DNA from: Octopus sinensis
Taxonomy: Eukaryota
Length of the DNA: 64,000 bases
Reading direction: 5' to 3'
Assembly: GCF_006345805.1 (NCBI RefSeq)
Contig: NC_042997.1
Location: 203,546,001 to 203,610,000 of the forward strand
Part shown: positions 1 to 13,523 of the stretch, piece by piece
Layout of the letters: each line of letters begins with the position of its first letter
Numbering within the stretch: the stretch's first letter is position 1
The notes under the pieces: generated by a model
Told to the model about the DNA's origin: nothing
What the model saw: the letters and a program-made list of their open reading frames with translations, nothing else
Databases searched by the model: none
Translations under genes and position numbers: made by a program

Positions 1-1275
1 ATTGCACAAAAATGAAAATAACACTGACATTTCATTTAACAGATATATTTACCAAAATTACATAAAAAATATCTTGAAATACTAAAGATTAAATTTAGTC
101 AGTAAAATCACATTTGGCTTCAACCATGGACTCCTGATGACTGCAGAATATCCTGCAATTCTTCTGGATGGTCTCCTTGTTTCAGTTGGTGAATGCTGCC
201 ATAATCCTTGCCTTCAGTTGATTTTTGGTGTTACAAGGAGTTTTGTTGGTCTCTCACTCAAATGCATCCCACACATAATAATCAAGGGGGTTGCAATCTG
301 GGGAGTTAGGTGGCTAGATGTTAGGGGTGGTGTGGTCGCAGAAATTGTCTGACAGCCATGACTAGGTTCACCTGCTTGTGTGGTATGGTGCAGAGTCCTG
401 TTGTCAAACATAGGGTCTTCCAGCAGCCACCCTCTTGACCCAGGGCAGCACTACCTCCTTCAGGTACTTGATGTAGGCCTCCGTGTTGAGTCTGAGTTTG
501 TGTGGGAAGATGAATGGAGTCATAACATTGCCACCACTAGTAATCACTCCAAATACCATGATGTTGACTGGATGTTTGATTTTTATCACTCTTGGTACAT
601 GTTTTGGGGGACATGGTAAGCCAATGGTTGTTCTGTGTGTTCACCATCTGATCCTGACAGAAATTTTTCTCATCTGAGAAAAACCAAAGCATGCTCGGTT
701 GGATGGGGATGCTTGAGTTTGTTCAAAAGCTTCATTGCGAGTCTTTTCTCTTGTCCCTGAAGGTATGGGATCAAAATTGACCCTTTCTCATCTTGTATGA
801 GGAATGCTAAATATCTTCATACACTACTTGCCTGATAAGAAAATCAGACAGTCCCACACCCTTGGCAATGGACCTGATTGACATGGAGGGATCATTGTCA
901 ATCATGGTCTGGATCTCACTAACAAATTCAGGAGTTCTTTTCTTGTCAGAACTATTAGAGTGAGTTTTTTGAGCTGCTGTACCTTCATAATCACCATTAG
1001 AATCATCCAACTCTTTCCGAATCCTCTACACTTTCTCAGATTAACACCCAAACACTCTGAAATGTTTGTATTGGAGCTTTTGGCATGAATGCCAAGCAGT
1101 ACAGCATGTCATTTCCAAGTTACTGGCAGAGTAAATTGCATCATGATGCTGTTTTTGACACAGATGGTGCCCAACTGATCCTACTATACTGTGTAGTCGA
1201 CAAAATAAAAAACATACAATGCGCATGCGCGAAATTAAAAATATAAAACTGTGACAATTTACCCAATGCATTTTT
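1..1275 (-). mobile_element. Decayed Tc1/mariner transposon, DD37D (maT-like) family; 3' end runs off the window edge
   Basis: Minus-strand translation gives an HTH-like N-terminus (807-1010), VMVFGVI-like and QQDSAP motifs, and PPNSPDCNPLDYYVW. There are 37 residues between the 2nd and 3rd catalytic D. Many stops and frameshifts. Confidence 0.85.
95..1144 (-). pseudogene. DD37D transposase pseudogene
   Basis: Putative ATG at 1144 and stop at 95-97; pieced together from ORFs 807-1010 and 404-589 plus interrupted frames. Confidence 0.8.
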
Positions 1276-1636
1276 GCATTTCATGTATTAATATAGTAAA
1301 ACTTTATATATTGATCTGCCTAACTTGCTTATCCCTACATTTATTTGTATACCTGCTCAAGTTTAATTCTCTTGAGCACTACTAAGTGCAGTACTATATG
1401 CACTATATGGAGAATATTTTATTCTCATCTATGAACTATATATATAAATATTTATATATGTATGTATATGTTTTCATCCAAAATGGAAACTAACGCCATT
1501 CCTCCATGTGACCAGCTTGTAAAATTAAGTTAAGTCATTTTTCTTAACATGAAACCAATAGTAGCTTTGATGCACAAGTAAAGAAATTTTATCCACTAAT
1601 GTAGTCATCAGTATCTAATGTAGTCACTAATCAGTA

Positions 1637-1806
1637 TCATCTTCATCATCATCATCAGTTAATGTCTGCTTTCCATGCTGGCATGAGTTGGACGGTTTGA
1701 CTGAAAACTAATAAGCCAGGGGCTGCACCAGGTTCCGATCTGATTTGGAAAGGTTTCTACAGTTAGATGCCCTTCCTAACACCAACCACTCCAAGAATGT
1801 AGAGGG

Positions 1807-1812
<6 letters not shown>
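1637..1812 (-). mobile_element. RTE-LINE family 1 3' tail fragment with (GAT)n tail
   Basis: Matches the 3' end of the long RTE at 20343-20520 (ttccatgctggcatg...ggatgcccttcctaac). Confidence 0.85.
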
Positions 1813-1881
<69 letters not shown>

Positions 1882-2245
1882 ACCCGTGATATGACAGGTA
1901 ACATATATATATGTTACCTGTGATATGACAGGTAACTTTGAAAGTATGCTTTTACCACCATGGGTAATATCCAGCTACATAAAATAATTTTAATTAACTT
2001 CTATCAAACTTCTTGGTGCTAAGACAAAATGATGAAATGAATACTAATTTTCTAAAGAAAAATACTTATACCTTAAAATAAAATTAAAGAACATAAATTT
2101 CTCTTTTGTATATTTGCAATAAATGTTATTATTTCAATAAATTCTATCAACATAATCACAACCTATTCCATTGAAAATCTATCTCTGCAAAATTTCATTA
2201 CAAAAATATGTACTTTTCAGAAAGTTTCCATCCACTTCTAACATA

Positions 2246-2247
<2 letters not shown>

Positions 2248-2322
<75 letters not shown>
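2248..2322. repeat. (CT)n microsatellite
   Basis: Seen directly. Confidence 0.98.
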
Positions 2323-2326
<4 letters not shown>

Positions 2327-3017
2327 CCTTCTCTCTCTATACACACACACATATATATATATTTACTATCTCTCCCCCTTTCTCTATACAGTGTAAAACA
2401 TAACTGGAGAATTGAACCACTGAATATATATCAGCTAGTATCAAATAGACATATATATGTAAATGCTGTATGTACATGTATGAAAATGTTTAAGTGTGTA
2501 TACATATCCCAGAAATATGAGTGGATGTGCATGTCTGATGCTGTTGAAAGTTGGTAGTGTTAGGGAGAGAAAAAAGCAAAGGAAAAGTATATATAGATGT
2601 GTGCATGTGTGTGTGTGTGCATGCATACGTGTGTGTGTGTGTGTGTGTATGCACACACTCATGTATATGAAGATGACTGTAGGAAATTACAGAAAATGCA
2701 TAATTCTGGAAAGTCAGATTGTAGTCTGTGCAGGCAATAGTGGTTGGGTGCCCTACTCTTTGCTAAGGTTTTAGATCTGGGTTGTCAGCAGCCAGTGGCT
2801 TGAAGTTCCTCAAAGGTGAATGTCTGGTGTACTAATATTTGCTATCAAACTGATGCAACCAGCCTTCATCAACACTCCAGCTGACATGCACCCCCACACA
2901 CACATAGAAGATACACACACTTAGACACTTAGAAACACACATTAATGCATTCATACAGCATGCATACACACCATCACCAGCCGAAAGGAATTTAACCTTT
3001 TGTTTTATTCTGTGATA

Positions 3018-3240
3018 TCAAAATGTCTGGAAGTCATTTAGAAACAAAGAATTTATCTGTGAATCTTGTAATATTGAATTAAAGAAACAACAAATACAAT
3101 AACAAACAAAAACAAGAGAAAAATCCACTGTGTTAGTTATGTTGTAGTTGCTCACAGTGTTGTTGCTACTGCTGTTACCGTTGTCGCAACTTAGGTCCAG
3201 GTCAGCCCTTTTTAAGTAGACATAAGCCTCTCCATGCTTC
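3018..3240 (-). CDS. Candidate terminal coding exon of an unidentified gene
   Basis: Acceptor-like tttcag|G at 3241-3243, then an open frame KHGEAYVYLKRADLDLSCDNGNSSSNN...VDFSLVFVCYCICCFF to the stop at 3018. No homology recognised. Confidence 0.25.
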
Positions 3241-3344
3241 CTGAAATTCATCAACACTACACTTGATATCCCCCTCTCCATACGTATGCACACGTGTATA
3301 TCATGACTCATACACTGTTCACTTTCCTGACTTTTGTACATAAT

Positions 3345-3445
3345 TCTATGTACTGTATGTGCACCTTTGATGAGTTGTAGAGCACCTGAGCACTATACAT
3401 AATAATTTCATTATTATTATTATTATTATTATTATATTATTATAT
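3345..3445 (+). mobile_element. CR1-type LINE 3' tail with (ATT)n
   Basis: ttgatgagttgtagagcacctgagcactatac followed by (ATT)n; same motif as the ends of the CR1 fragments at 36590 and 57225. Confidence 0.55.
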
Positions 3446-3449
3446 CAAC

Positions 3450-3713
3450 CATGACAACTCTGTTGGGGTTGGGTTCAGTCCCACTGAGTGGCACCATGGG
3501 CAAATGTCTTCTACTAAAGCCCTAGGCTGATCAAAGCAGATATGGTAAAGGAAAACTGAAAAAAGTTCATTGAGCATGTGTGTTTATGTGTGTGTGTGTG
3601 TTGTGTGTGTGTGTGTGTCCTCCTCCTCCTCATCATCATCATCACCATGCACGTGTGTGTGTCCTTCTCCTCATCCTCCTCATCATCATCATCATCACCA
3701 TGCATGTTTTTAA

Positions 3714-3755
<42 letters not shown>

Positions 3756-4005
3756 TGTATTAGTGTCTCCTTGACATTACAGGATCGTTGGTAAATGAAT
3801 GTCATATTCATCATACAGGTGATATCATTAATTTCCCATCTTCCATGAAAACATGTCCAGCCAGTGGAAAATATTACCTTACTTGAAAGCGGATGAGGGT
3901 TGGCAACAGGAAGGACATCCAGCCATAGGGAATCTGTTTCAATAAATTTCCATTCAGCCTATGCAGGCATAGAAAAGTGGTGTCAGAACAATGATGATGA
4001 TGATG
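3450..4005 (+). mobile_element. tRNA-derived SINE with internal microsatellite and RTE-like 3' tail
   Basis: B-box-like gggttcagtcccac, CORE-like catgggcaaatgtctt, an internal (TG)/(CAT) tract, then ggttggcaacaggaaggacatccagc...gatgatgatg. Confidence 0.65.
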
Positions 4006-4009
4006 GTAT

Positions 4010-4175
4010 TAATACAGCAAGCTTCCACACCATTTCCATCTACCAAATTCACTCATAAAGTTTTGGTCAAACTAGGATTATTGTAGAAGACACTTATTTA
4101 CCCAAGATACTTTGCAGTGGGACTGAACCTGAAACCACATGGTTGAAAAGCAAACTTCTTAACCACAGAGCCATA
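4010..4175 (-). mobile_element. SINE 5' part, same family as the 3450 copy
   Basis: Reverse complement reads gtggttaagaagtttgcttttcaaccatgtggtttcaggttcagtcccactg (A/B-box head). Confidence 0.65.
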
Positions 4176-4764
4176 CTATATTTATTCATTTATGTATTTA
4201 TTTATTTATGTATTTAGTTATTTTCGTCTATTATCTATTCTTGAGCAAATTACCAATTACCATGATAAGATACAGCAACTGATTATTACAATTTTTATTT
4301 TGGTTTGGAAATTCTTTTAGTCTCCGTCATCTTCTTAGCAGATTGTGTATGTGTTTTTTCAGAAGAGAGTGGGTGTATTGTAGGTGTATTGTATGTGTGT
4401 GTGCCCATATGTATGTGTGTATGTGTGTGTGCCCATATGTATGTGTGTATGTGTGTGTATATGCATGTATGGAAGTGGGCTTTATTCCTCCTTTAACATG
4501 CAACACAGCTCCTAAGGCAGAGCTGTTTCAAAGAACTCAACATGTAGAAGATCGCTTCAGAACAGAAAACATGAACTTAAGTGGATCCTTTTATTAACAT
4601 TTGCATTTACTGTTCAAAAAATAGAATCTGCAAAGAAGTTTTGTTTTTAATGCATCATTGCCAAAAGGATATTCTACTGTTTGGAATAATGGTGGCATAG
4701 TAATTATGTGATCTTAGAGAAATGGATATAGAGTAATTGCATGATATAGAAGGAGGAAATATAA

Positions 4765-4806
<42 letters not shown>

Positions 4807-4959
4807 CGAGAGATGCATGTCAGTATATACACATACATGTGTGTGTGTGTGTCAGTGTGTGTCTGTGATCTGAGTAAATATGCACATTTGCATGTGTATA
4901 TACGTATAATGTCTCAATATTAATTAGATGTTGGAAATGGATATATAGTATAGTTATTA

Positions 4960-5035
4960 GCTGATATTATGAATTGTTATAATAATTAGATGATGTTTTG
5001 AATGTACATATGTATATAACATGTATGTATGTATA

Positions 5036-5112
<77 letters not shown>

Positions 5113-5133
5113 TATATACATACATATATATAT

Positions 5134-5178
<45 letters not shown>

Positions 5179-5781
5179 AATATACACATATATATATATA
5201 TATATACACACATATATGTATATATATAAATATACACACACACACATATTATATACACACACATATTATATATATAACACACATATATATATATACATAT
5301 AAGATATATATACACATATATATATACACACACACATATATATATATATTATACACACACACACACATACACACACACATATATATATATAATATACACA
5401 CACCCCATATATATATATACACACACACACATATATATATATACCACACACCATATATATATATATATATACACACATATATATATACACATTTATATAT
5501 ATATATATAATATATACACATTTATATATATACATATTATATAATATATATATATATATACACACATATATAATATACACATATATATATATACATATAA
5601 TATATATACAATATATTACACATATATTACACATATATATATACATATATATATATACACACACATATAATATCACACATATATATATACACATATATAT
5701 ATACACTATATAATATACATATATATATAACATATATATATATACATATATATATACACATATATATATATATACATATAC

Positions 5782-5813
<32 letters not shown>

Positions 5814-5977
5814 TATATACATATAAAACATATATATATATATATATACATATCATATATATATATCATATACATATATATACACATATATATATACACA
5901 CACAACAATTATATATTATATATATATATATATATACACACATATATATACACATATATATATATACACACACACAC

Positions 5978-6008
<31 letters not shown>

Positions 6009-6090
6009 TATATACACAAACACATATATATATATACACACATATATATATAATATACACACACACATATATATATATACACACACACAT

Positions 6091-6180
<90 letters not shown>
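4960..6180. repeat. ~1.2-kb compound (TA)n/(CA)n microsatellite
   Basis: Seen directly; explains the many Y/I/C/V-rich ORFs here. Confidence 0.97.
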
Positions 6181-6183
<3 letters not shown>

Positions 6184-6455
6184 ATGGAACAGCCTGCTCA
6201 TGAAATTAATGTGCAAGTGGTTGAGTACTCCATGGACACATGTACCCTTAACAAAGTTTTTAGGGAGAGGTAGCATGACACAGAGTGTGACAAGGTTGGC
6301 CCTTTGAAATACAGGTACTACTCATTTTTGCCAGCTGAGTGGAGTGGAGCAACATGAAAAAGTGTCTTGTTCAAAGACACAATGCATCACCAGGAATTGA
6401 ACTCACGACCATACGATTATGAGCTGAATATCCTGACCACTAAGCCACATGTCTT
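6181..6455 (-). mobile_element. tRNA-derived CORE-like SINE
   Basis: Reverse complement has a tRNA-like head, gtgtctttgaacaagacact (CORE-like) and the 3' part shared with 42211-42580. Confidence 0.7.
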
Positions 6456-6606
6456 TAAACACACACACACACACACATATGTATATATATACATGCACAC
6501 ACACAGAGACACATACACATATATAAATATATATAAATGTATGTATATATATATGTATATGTGTGTGTGTGTGTGTGTGTGTGCGCACGCATATGTGTAT
6601 GTGTGG

Positions 6607-6653
<47 letters not shown>

Positions 6654-7004
6654 GTACATATGTATATAAATATGATAGTGTTACTTAACTTTATTAAAAG
6701 TTATGATCATTTCAATAGCTTGTGAAACCATTTCATCCATTGGCACATTGGTTTGCAGATATATAAATTAGGAAAATTCAAATAATTAGTATATTAATGA
6801 ACTGAGTTATCACCTGCCATCCCATCTAGCCTCTTAAAGTTACTGTCGTACCTTTTTAGAATTTCCGACAAATATATTAAGAAATGTTATTTTGCAAAAT
6901 ATCAGAGTTATGAAATAAACAGCAACTTTCACCCCATCCAAGATATTTCAGTATTAAAACATGCTGTGTGGAGCAGATACTCTCTGTTTAATTTTTAACT
7001 CTGA

Positions 7005-7345
7005 TTGACCCCAGTACTTGACTGGTATTTCATTTCATCAATCTCAAAAGGATGAAAGGCAAGGTTAACCTAGGCAGGATTTGAACTCAGAACTTAAAGA
7101 GCCAAAAGAAATGTCACTAATATCTAATGTGCTAACAATTCTGCTTGCAAAAAACAATAATAGTTCTTTCAAATTGCTTGCACAAAGCCAGCAATTTTTT
7201 TTACTGGTATTTTAGCTTATTTATTCTAGCGGGATGAAAGACAAAGTCAACATCAGCTGATTTTGATCTCAGAAAGTTATGAGTCAGAATATTGCTAGGC
7301 ATTTTGCCTGACACTCTAACAAATGACGCCTGCTCGTCATTTAGC
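7005..7345 (-). mobile_element. Two decayed tRNA-SINE copies (61237 family)
   Basis: ggatgaaaggcaag...atttgaactcagaac occurs twice; CpG-decayed relative to the 61237 copy. Confidence 0.65.
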
Positions 7346-8597
7346 AATAATATTAATATCTCCTTAGCATTAAGCTATTGTGCAACAAATATTTAGTGAA
7401 AAGTCAAGCAAATAAAATTTTTAAGTATTAATTTTCAAGTATAGCGTGCGTTTTTTTTATCTGCAATCCACTGTTTTCAGATTATTCCAGTTTATTTTTA
7501 TTATTATTAGCAATAATAATAACAACAATAACAATAGCTTCAGTCTTTACAAACATGCCATCTGTAAAACGAAAGTTGTTCTCCCTAAATCCATTGCTAT
7601 GTTTAAGATTCTTGCAAAAGGGAAGCTACATTAAATCAAAGGAATGATTATGCATTCTTCTGATTAAGTCAGGTGGCACTGTAACCAAGGTAAAACATTT
7701 GCCTTTAGTTTAACTCATAATACAGTCACACACATATACACAAATACACACACAGAGTTATGCATGCACAATAATATACACATAGTTACACATGTGCATG
7801 CACTCACACACATATTTAGAAATGGCTCAACTTCAATGTACCTTGTTCAAGTAACCCTATATCCACAAAAATAACTGATTACGATTAACAAAGTGAGACA
7901 AATTCTCTGCTGCTCCATAAGATAAAAGGATTGTGATCATAATGGTATTTCCTTCTTCCAAAATTCTGAGACTCTGTTCTTCCCAAATTGGTTTTCATTC
8001 TCACTAAACGCCACAATGTCTCTTTTATCTATTTGACTCTGAATACTGAAATACATTTATTTCAAAGCTTCTTGTATTTCCCTAACCTGATAATGAAGCA
8101 ATATAACAGATACACACACACACACAATGCACATATACATGCATATATAGATACATACACACATATACATATATATAATACATATACATATACACACAGA
8201 ACTGATATATATATATATATATATATATGAAAAATAATGATACACACTAGTTTACATTAAAGTTCTTTCATGCTTTTCCCCATTATGGTTGTATGGAGCC
8301 CTGAGATAGATGGTCCAAATGAAAATAGATCTTCAACCACAATGGATCCTCAAGGAACACTTTCATAGTGAAACACACGCAGGAATTTTAATATAAACTT
8401 GTGTTTATTCTTATTTTTCCTACATTTGTTCTGTAGCACAAAGCTAGAAATAGTACTCAATATAAAAGTTACTCCACAATTATACAGAAAGCGGACTGGA
8501 TTATGATGATGTATGTGGAGCTCTAAACATAACAGTAGCAATCATACATCTACTTGCACACACAATTTCTACTTTATATGTGCATATATGTATGTAA

Positions 8598-8700
8598 TTG
8601 TTTAGTTTATTTCAAGATTTCTTACCAATAGAGAAAGAGCTGGTTTCTAACCTAGATTCAAGGCTCCTTCATTGGAATTTCAATATCAACACAGTATTTT
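8598..8700 (-). mobile_element. ~100-bp retroelement 3'-end cassette embedded in (TATG)n
   Basis: Near-identical to 40160-40265 (ccaatagagaaagagctggtttctaacctaga...cattggaatttcaa). Confidence 0.6.
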
Positions 8701-9099
8701 TGTTTGTGTGTGTATGCATATATGTATGTACACATGTATGTATGTATGTATGTATGTATGTATGTATGTATGTATGTATGTATGTATGTATATATGTTCA
8801 GATTTGTGTTTTATGTATGTATTCTCATGCATATAGTTGCATATCTAGACATGCTCATATATATATTTAAATGATAAACTTCTGGAAAGTTTTACAGATT
8901 TTTACAGTTCCAGTGATGGACTGGATCTGTAGTCTTTGAATTGTATGCATGTATGTATGTATTATTTTCACAAGGAAAAGATTGATAGTGACTTTGAAGT
9001 TACAGCTTAGTCCTCTTTGAAAAGTCTGACTACAGTGACTAAGTTGAAATTTCAAAGGTCACTGTCAGCATTTTCTGAGTAAAGGTCAAAGTATATGTG

Positions 9100-9600
9100 G
9101 TAGTCTGCCTAAAATGAATGCTCTTCTCATGTACGACATAATGCCAAAGGTCTCAATCATTGCCTCCAAAAGGTCCAACACTTGAAAGGAACTCAGCCTC
9201 TTTGTCTCCATGAGGCCCAACTCTCGAAAGGAACTCACCTCCATGAGGTCCAATGCTCGAAAGGAACTCAGCCACTTTGCCTCCATGAGGCCCAATGCTC
9301 AAAAGGTGCTCTTTATGTACCACTGGCATGGGTGCCAGTTACATGACACCAGCATCAGTCATCACTACGATTTCACTTGGCTTGACAGGTCTTCTCAAGC
9401 ACAGCATATCGCCAAAGGTCTCGGTCGCTGGTCATTGCCTCTGTGAGGCTCAAAGTTTGAAGATCAAAGATCGAAGATACATATATAAATATATAAATAT
9501 ATATATATTATCATCATCATCATTTAACGTCCATTCTCCATGCTGACTTGGGTTGGAAGGTTTGGCAGAAGCTGGCCTGCTGAAGAGCTGCCCAGGCCCC
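9100..9600 (-). mobile_element. RTE family 1 3' fragment with ~42-bp tandem duplications of the ORF end
   Basis: Repeated ccatgaggcccaa..ctcgaaaggaactcagcc units at 9160-9305; (CAT)n tail near 9510. Confidence 0.7.
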
Positions 9601-10785
9601 ACATCTATCTTACTAGTTATTAAGTAATTCAAAGGCCTATAGTTTCAAGCCTGCTGCAAAAGTTAGTAAGTGCTATGCACGAAACTCTTGACTATTGAGT
9701 CACTTTGTAACATGTGACAATTAAAAGCATGATTTCAATTCTAATTTTCTTGTTTGTATTACCAAACCTACATATGCGTGTGTGTGAGCATGCATGTGTG
9801 TGCTTGTGTATGTCAATGAGCACACACACACACATATAATACAATGAATAAATATTACTACTATTCTATACCTAAATTCCAAGCTTAATTCTTCTTTCAT
9901 TTGTCGTGATTCAAGAGAAGGTTTTCCACTTGAATATCAGTTTTGTTTCAGTTTTCTTCATTTGTACCATTGTTTTGGTAATTTCCATTTTACTATTCGC
10001 ATGAGAAAATGTCAAAGAAGATGTCAGGAAGTAGGCTTCCATGCATGAACATACATTGACACAGACATACGTATCTGTAATGACAGTCTTTATACACAAT
10101 TATTTCTTTTTACTTAGATGATTGTTGTTATCCATCAAGTCCAATGATGACAAGTTTCTCTAGCATTTACAAATCCTGTTGGGAATAAACATTCCAATAT
10201 TTGATGGGACATGCAAACGTATGATTGAATAGTATGTATGTATGTGCATTGCTTTTTTTGTTTATTTTTAGATATATATTTATATATATTTTTATTCATA
10301 AGTCCTTCAGCGGTGGGAAGGTAGTAAAGCATGCAGACCTGACAGGTTGGAAGCATGTAGCCAGCAACCTGCATGTAGGCAGCCCATGTTAGATACAAAG
10401 TTGTCTCCTTGTCACCCAAGATAACAATGGGATTCAGTTGCTGCATGGGTGTCTGAGCAGCTCCATTTGGGGAGGGCACTACTCACCCAGAGGCCAGGTA
10501 GATTCTAGAAAAGGTGAACCAAAAATTGCCTGTCTTTCCCTATCTGGTTAGTTTAGCACAACTGACGGATGTCCATCCTGCGCTTGAAAAGCAATGAGAA
10601 TACTTATAAGATCTGGTTGGAACTTGAATATTTCATGTTGGAATGTGCACATGTAATTTGAATTTATGTGTGTGTGTGAATGTATTTATGTGTGTGTGTG
10701 TGTGTGTGTATGTGTGTGTGTATGAATGTATGTATGTATATGTGTGGTGTGTGTATATATATATATATACATATACAATTATGAT

Positions 10786-10825
<40 letters not shown>

Positions 10826-11857
10826 CAGATCACTATATGTGTGAAAGATATCAGATCACTATATGTGTGAAAGATATCAGCTCACTGTGTGTGTGTGCGC
10901 ATGCACGTATGTGTGTGTGTGTATCTGATGCACATGAACACACCATATATTCAATATACATATAAATAGCCTAAACATAGAATATTGATAGAAACATTTC
11001 TTCTATGACTGTGATCTTAGATTTCATGCAAGCATTCATTTCTCAATGAGATGGAAAACAAATTTTTGTATGTTGATAAATCTATTTTGTTCACTTGGGA
11101 GGGTCAAAGTTACCATATTGTGAACAAAGAATATAAATGATAAAATTGAAATTGTACTCATCTCATTGTACAATAAAATTATCAACTGGAGTTGAAGAAA
11201 TGTTTATATCAGTATTTGAGGTGTCGTTATTCCTACATGAATATTGAATGTAAAATATACATATGCTTCAAATCAATATGTGATATACTCTGCATACCTT
11301 ATACAGACAAGTACTGAACACTTCACTTTTAATATATATATATATATGAGCACAGGTCATGTTACTAGAATGACTGTATGGGAAGAATTTTGCTTCCCAA
11401 CCACATGGTTCAAAGTTGGACAAAATAGTGAAAAATGATCTTCAGATGTTGAACCTCACGAAGGAGATGATAAATGCTTGAGATGATTGGTAATTTGCTA
11501 TACTTGAGAAGACCTGTCCAGCTAAGTAAAATATGGGTCATATATGTCCATGTCCATGCACACCCCTAACAACCAATCTTCCTAACACCTTCCCCAATCC
11601 CTCATCCAAGTTCACCACTCTTTAAATTCCCCTCCCTTCTATTTCCCACTCTCCTTTGCATCCCTGTGAACCTACCTGCTCACAATGTATCTCTGTTGAA
11701 TCTTTTCCCTACAACATATCCTTCTAAAACTGTCTTTTTCTATTTGTATCCACTCACTACATTCTCTCCCTTCCACTTCCCACTCTCCTTTCACAATATC
11801 ACAAACCCACCCACCCATTCAGCCTACCCAATTCTTGGTTTCACTTCACATATATAC

Positions 11858-11890
<33 letters not shown>

Positions 11891-13490
11891 CACCACCCTG
11901 TAACTCCTTCACCATCATTTCTCCCCTCTCTCCCTGCTTCCCCTTTCTCTCTCTCCCCTGCTAAGATAGCCATGTATCTCCTTTATTGCAAGACACCTAT
12001 TTCGGTCCCTCTATTCATACTCTAACTACTCGTCATCTGGCACCAAACCACCTCCCTTAATACCCCTCAGGAGGAGGGAGAGGAGGAGGAGGGGGAAGAA
12101 GATGAGGAAAAAAGGCTGATGATGTGTGTGTGTGCATGTGCATGTATGTGTGCATGTGTGTGTTGTGCATGTGTGCCTGCATATAAGTGTGAGTATGTGT
12201 GTCAGTGGATGGATGGATGTATAATGTGTATATATAAAATATGCTTTTCATTCTCATTTCAATTAAATCTAGGCAAAAAATAAGGGAATGCCCATTGTTC
12301 TCTCAGATGATCAAGAATGGTAAGTCTTCCAACTGAAAGCCTTCAAAGATGTAAGGCCCTCATAGAATTACTCCAGCACTATTTCATCCCAACAAAACCA
12401 AATTCAATGTTTCTGGCTACTTATCATTTTATTAGGTAGAAAAATACTTCTAACTTCTGTACAAACAATAAATTTGTAAGTAAAGGAAATAATAAATTGA
12501 AATAACTCCAGTATACAGCAGACACTTATTTTTATCAACTCCAGAAGAATGACAATCGAATAAATGAATCCTAATATATTTGAACTCAGAAAGTGATCAA
12601 CCCTATCTCTCCCTCACTACCCTACATTTGCAAAAATAATTTGATATTTTAAAATTTCTTCACATCAAACTTCTAATGAACATTTTCCCCAAAATTGAAA
12701 CAGTGTTTCAAAATTTAAAAGTAATTCTAAATAAAAACTATGCATGTCACAAATTGTACTTAATAATAATTATCAATTCCAATTATAACAAGTTAAAACT
12801 AATTATGGATGGCATTGATTAAAATTATTCAATTAAAAATGTACCAATTTGGCTTCAATGAAAAAAAGTAAAAAGTGAAGCAAAATAACTGTTTTGCATA
12901 AAACCTCAAATATTAGAGGAGACGTGCCAGCACAGCTTGTGTGTCTACAAAGTACACTTCTCAGCCTTGAGGTTTTGGGTTCAGTTCCACTGCACTTTGC
13001 ATGAAAATCAATGAGCTGCACCTGACAATGCTTGTTAATATATAATTAACATTTTGATTGCAGCTCCTACTAGTAATCACCTTAAACATTTCCCCAAAAT
13101 TAAAACAGTGTTTCAAAATTTAACAATAATTATCAATTCCAATTATAACAAGTTTATATTTATTTATGCAACTATATATAGATATGTTGTTAGGGACGAA
13201 ACTACATCCTATTCTACCTACTCCTGCCCTACTTTTGGTCAACTTGTATCTCTCAGGTATTTACATAAGATTTTTGCTTGTTTGGGATTTGTATTTCAAC
13301 CTTATCTGAAGACTTGTTCAGTATAATAAAAAAACTCTATGTAAATTCCATTTATAAATTGCATTTATAATATAACATCATCGATTACCAAACATAGAAA
13401 CATACATAACAGATGAAATAAAGAAAAGCCAAACTCATGTTTCATGTTTTTCTCTCATTGTGTGTGTGTGTGTGTGTGTATGTGTGTGTG

Positions 13491-13523
<33 letters not shown>

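Noticed and set aside
4967-6184. Numerous 60-196 aa ORFs rich in Y/I/C/V/H/T (also at 6367-6725, 10643-10965, 37694-37941, 39790-40554)
   Set aside because: Translations of (TA)n, (CA)n and (TATG)n microsatellites.
7842-8045. Minus-strand exon-like segment with a signal-peptide-like MEQQRICLTLLIVISYFCG
   Set aside because: In-frame TGA before the donor and stops in all frames; invoking A-to-I or Sec readthrough has no support here.
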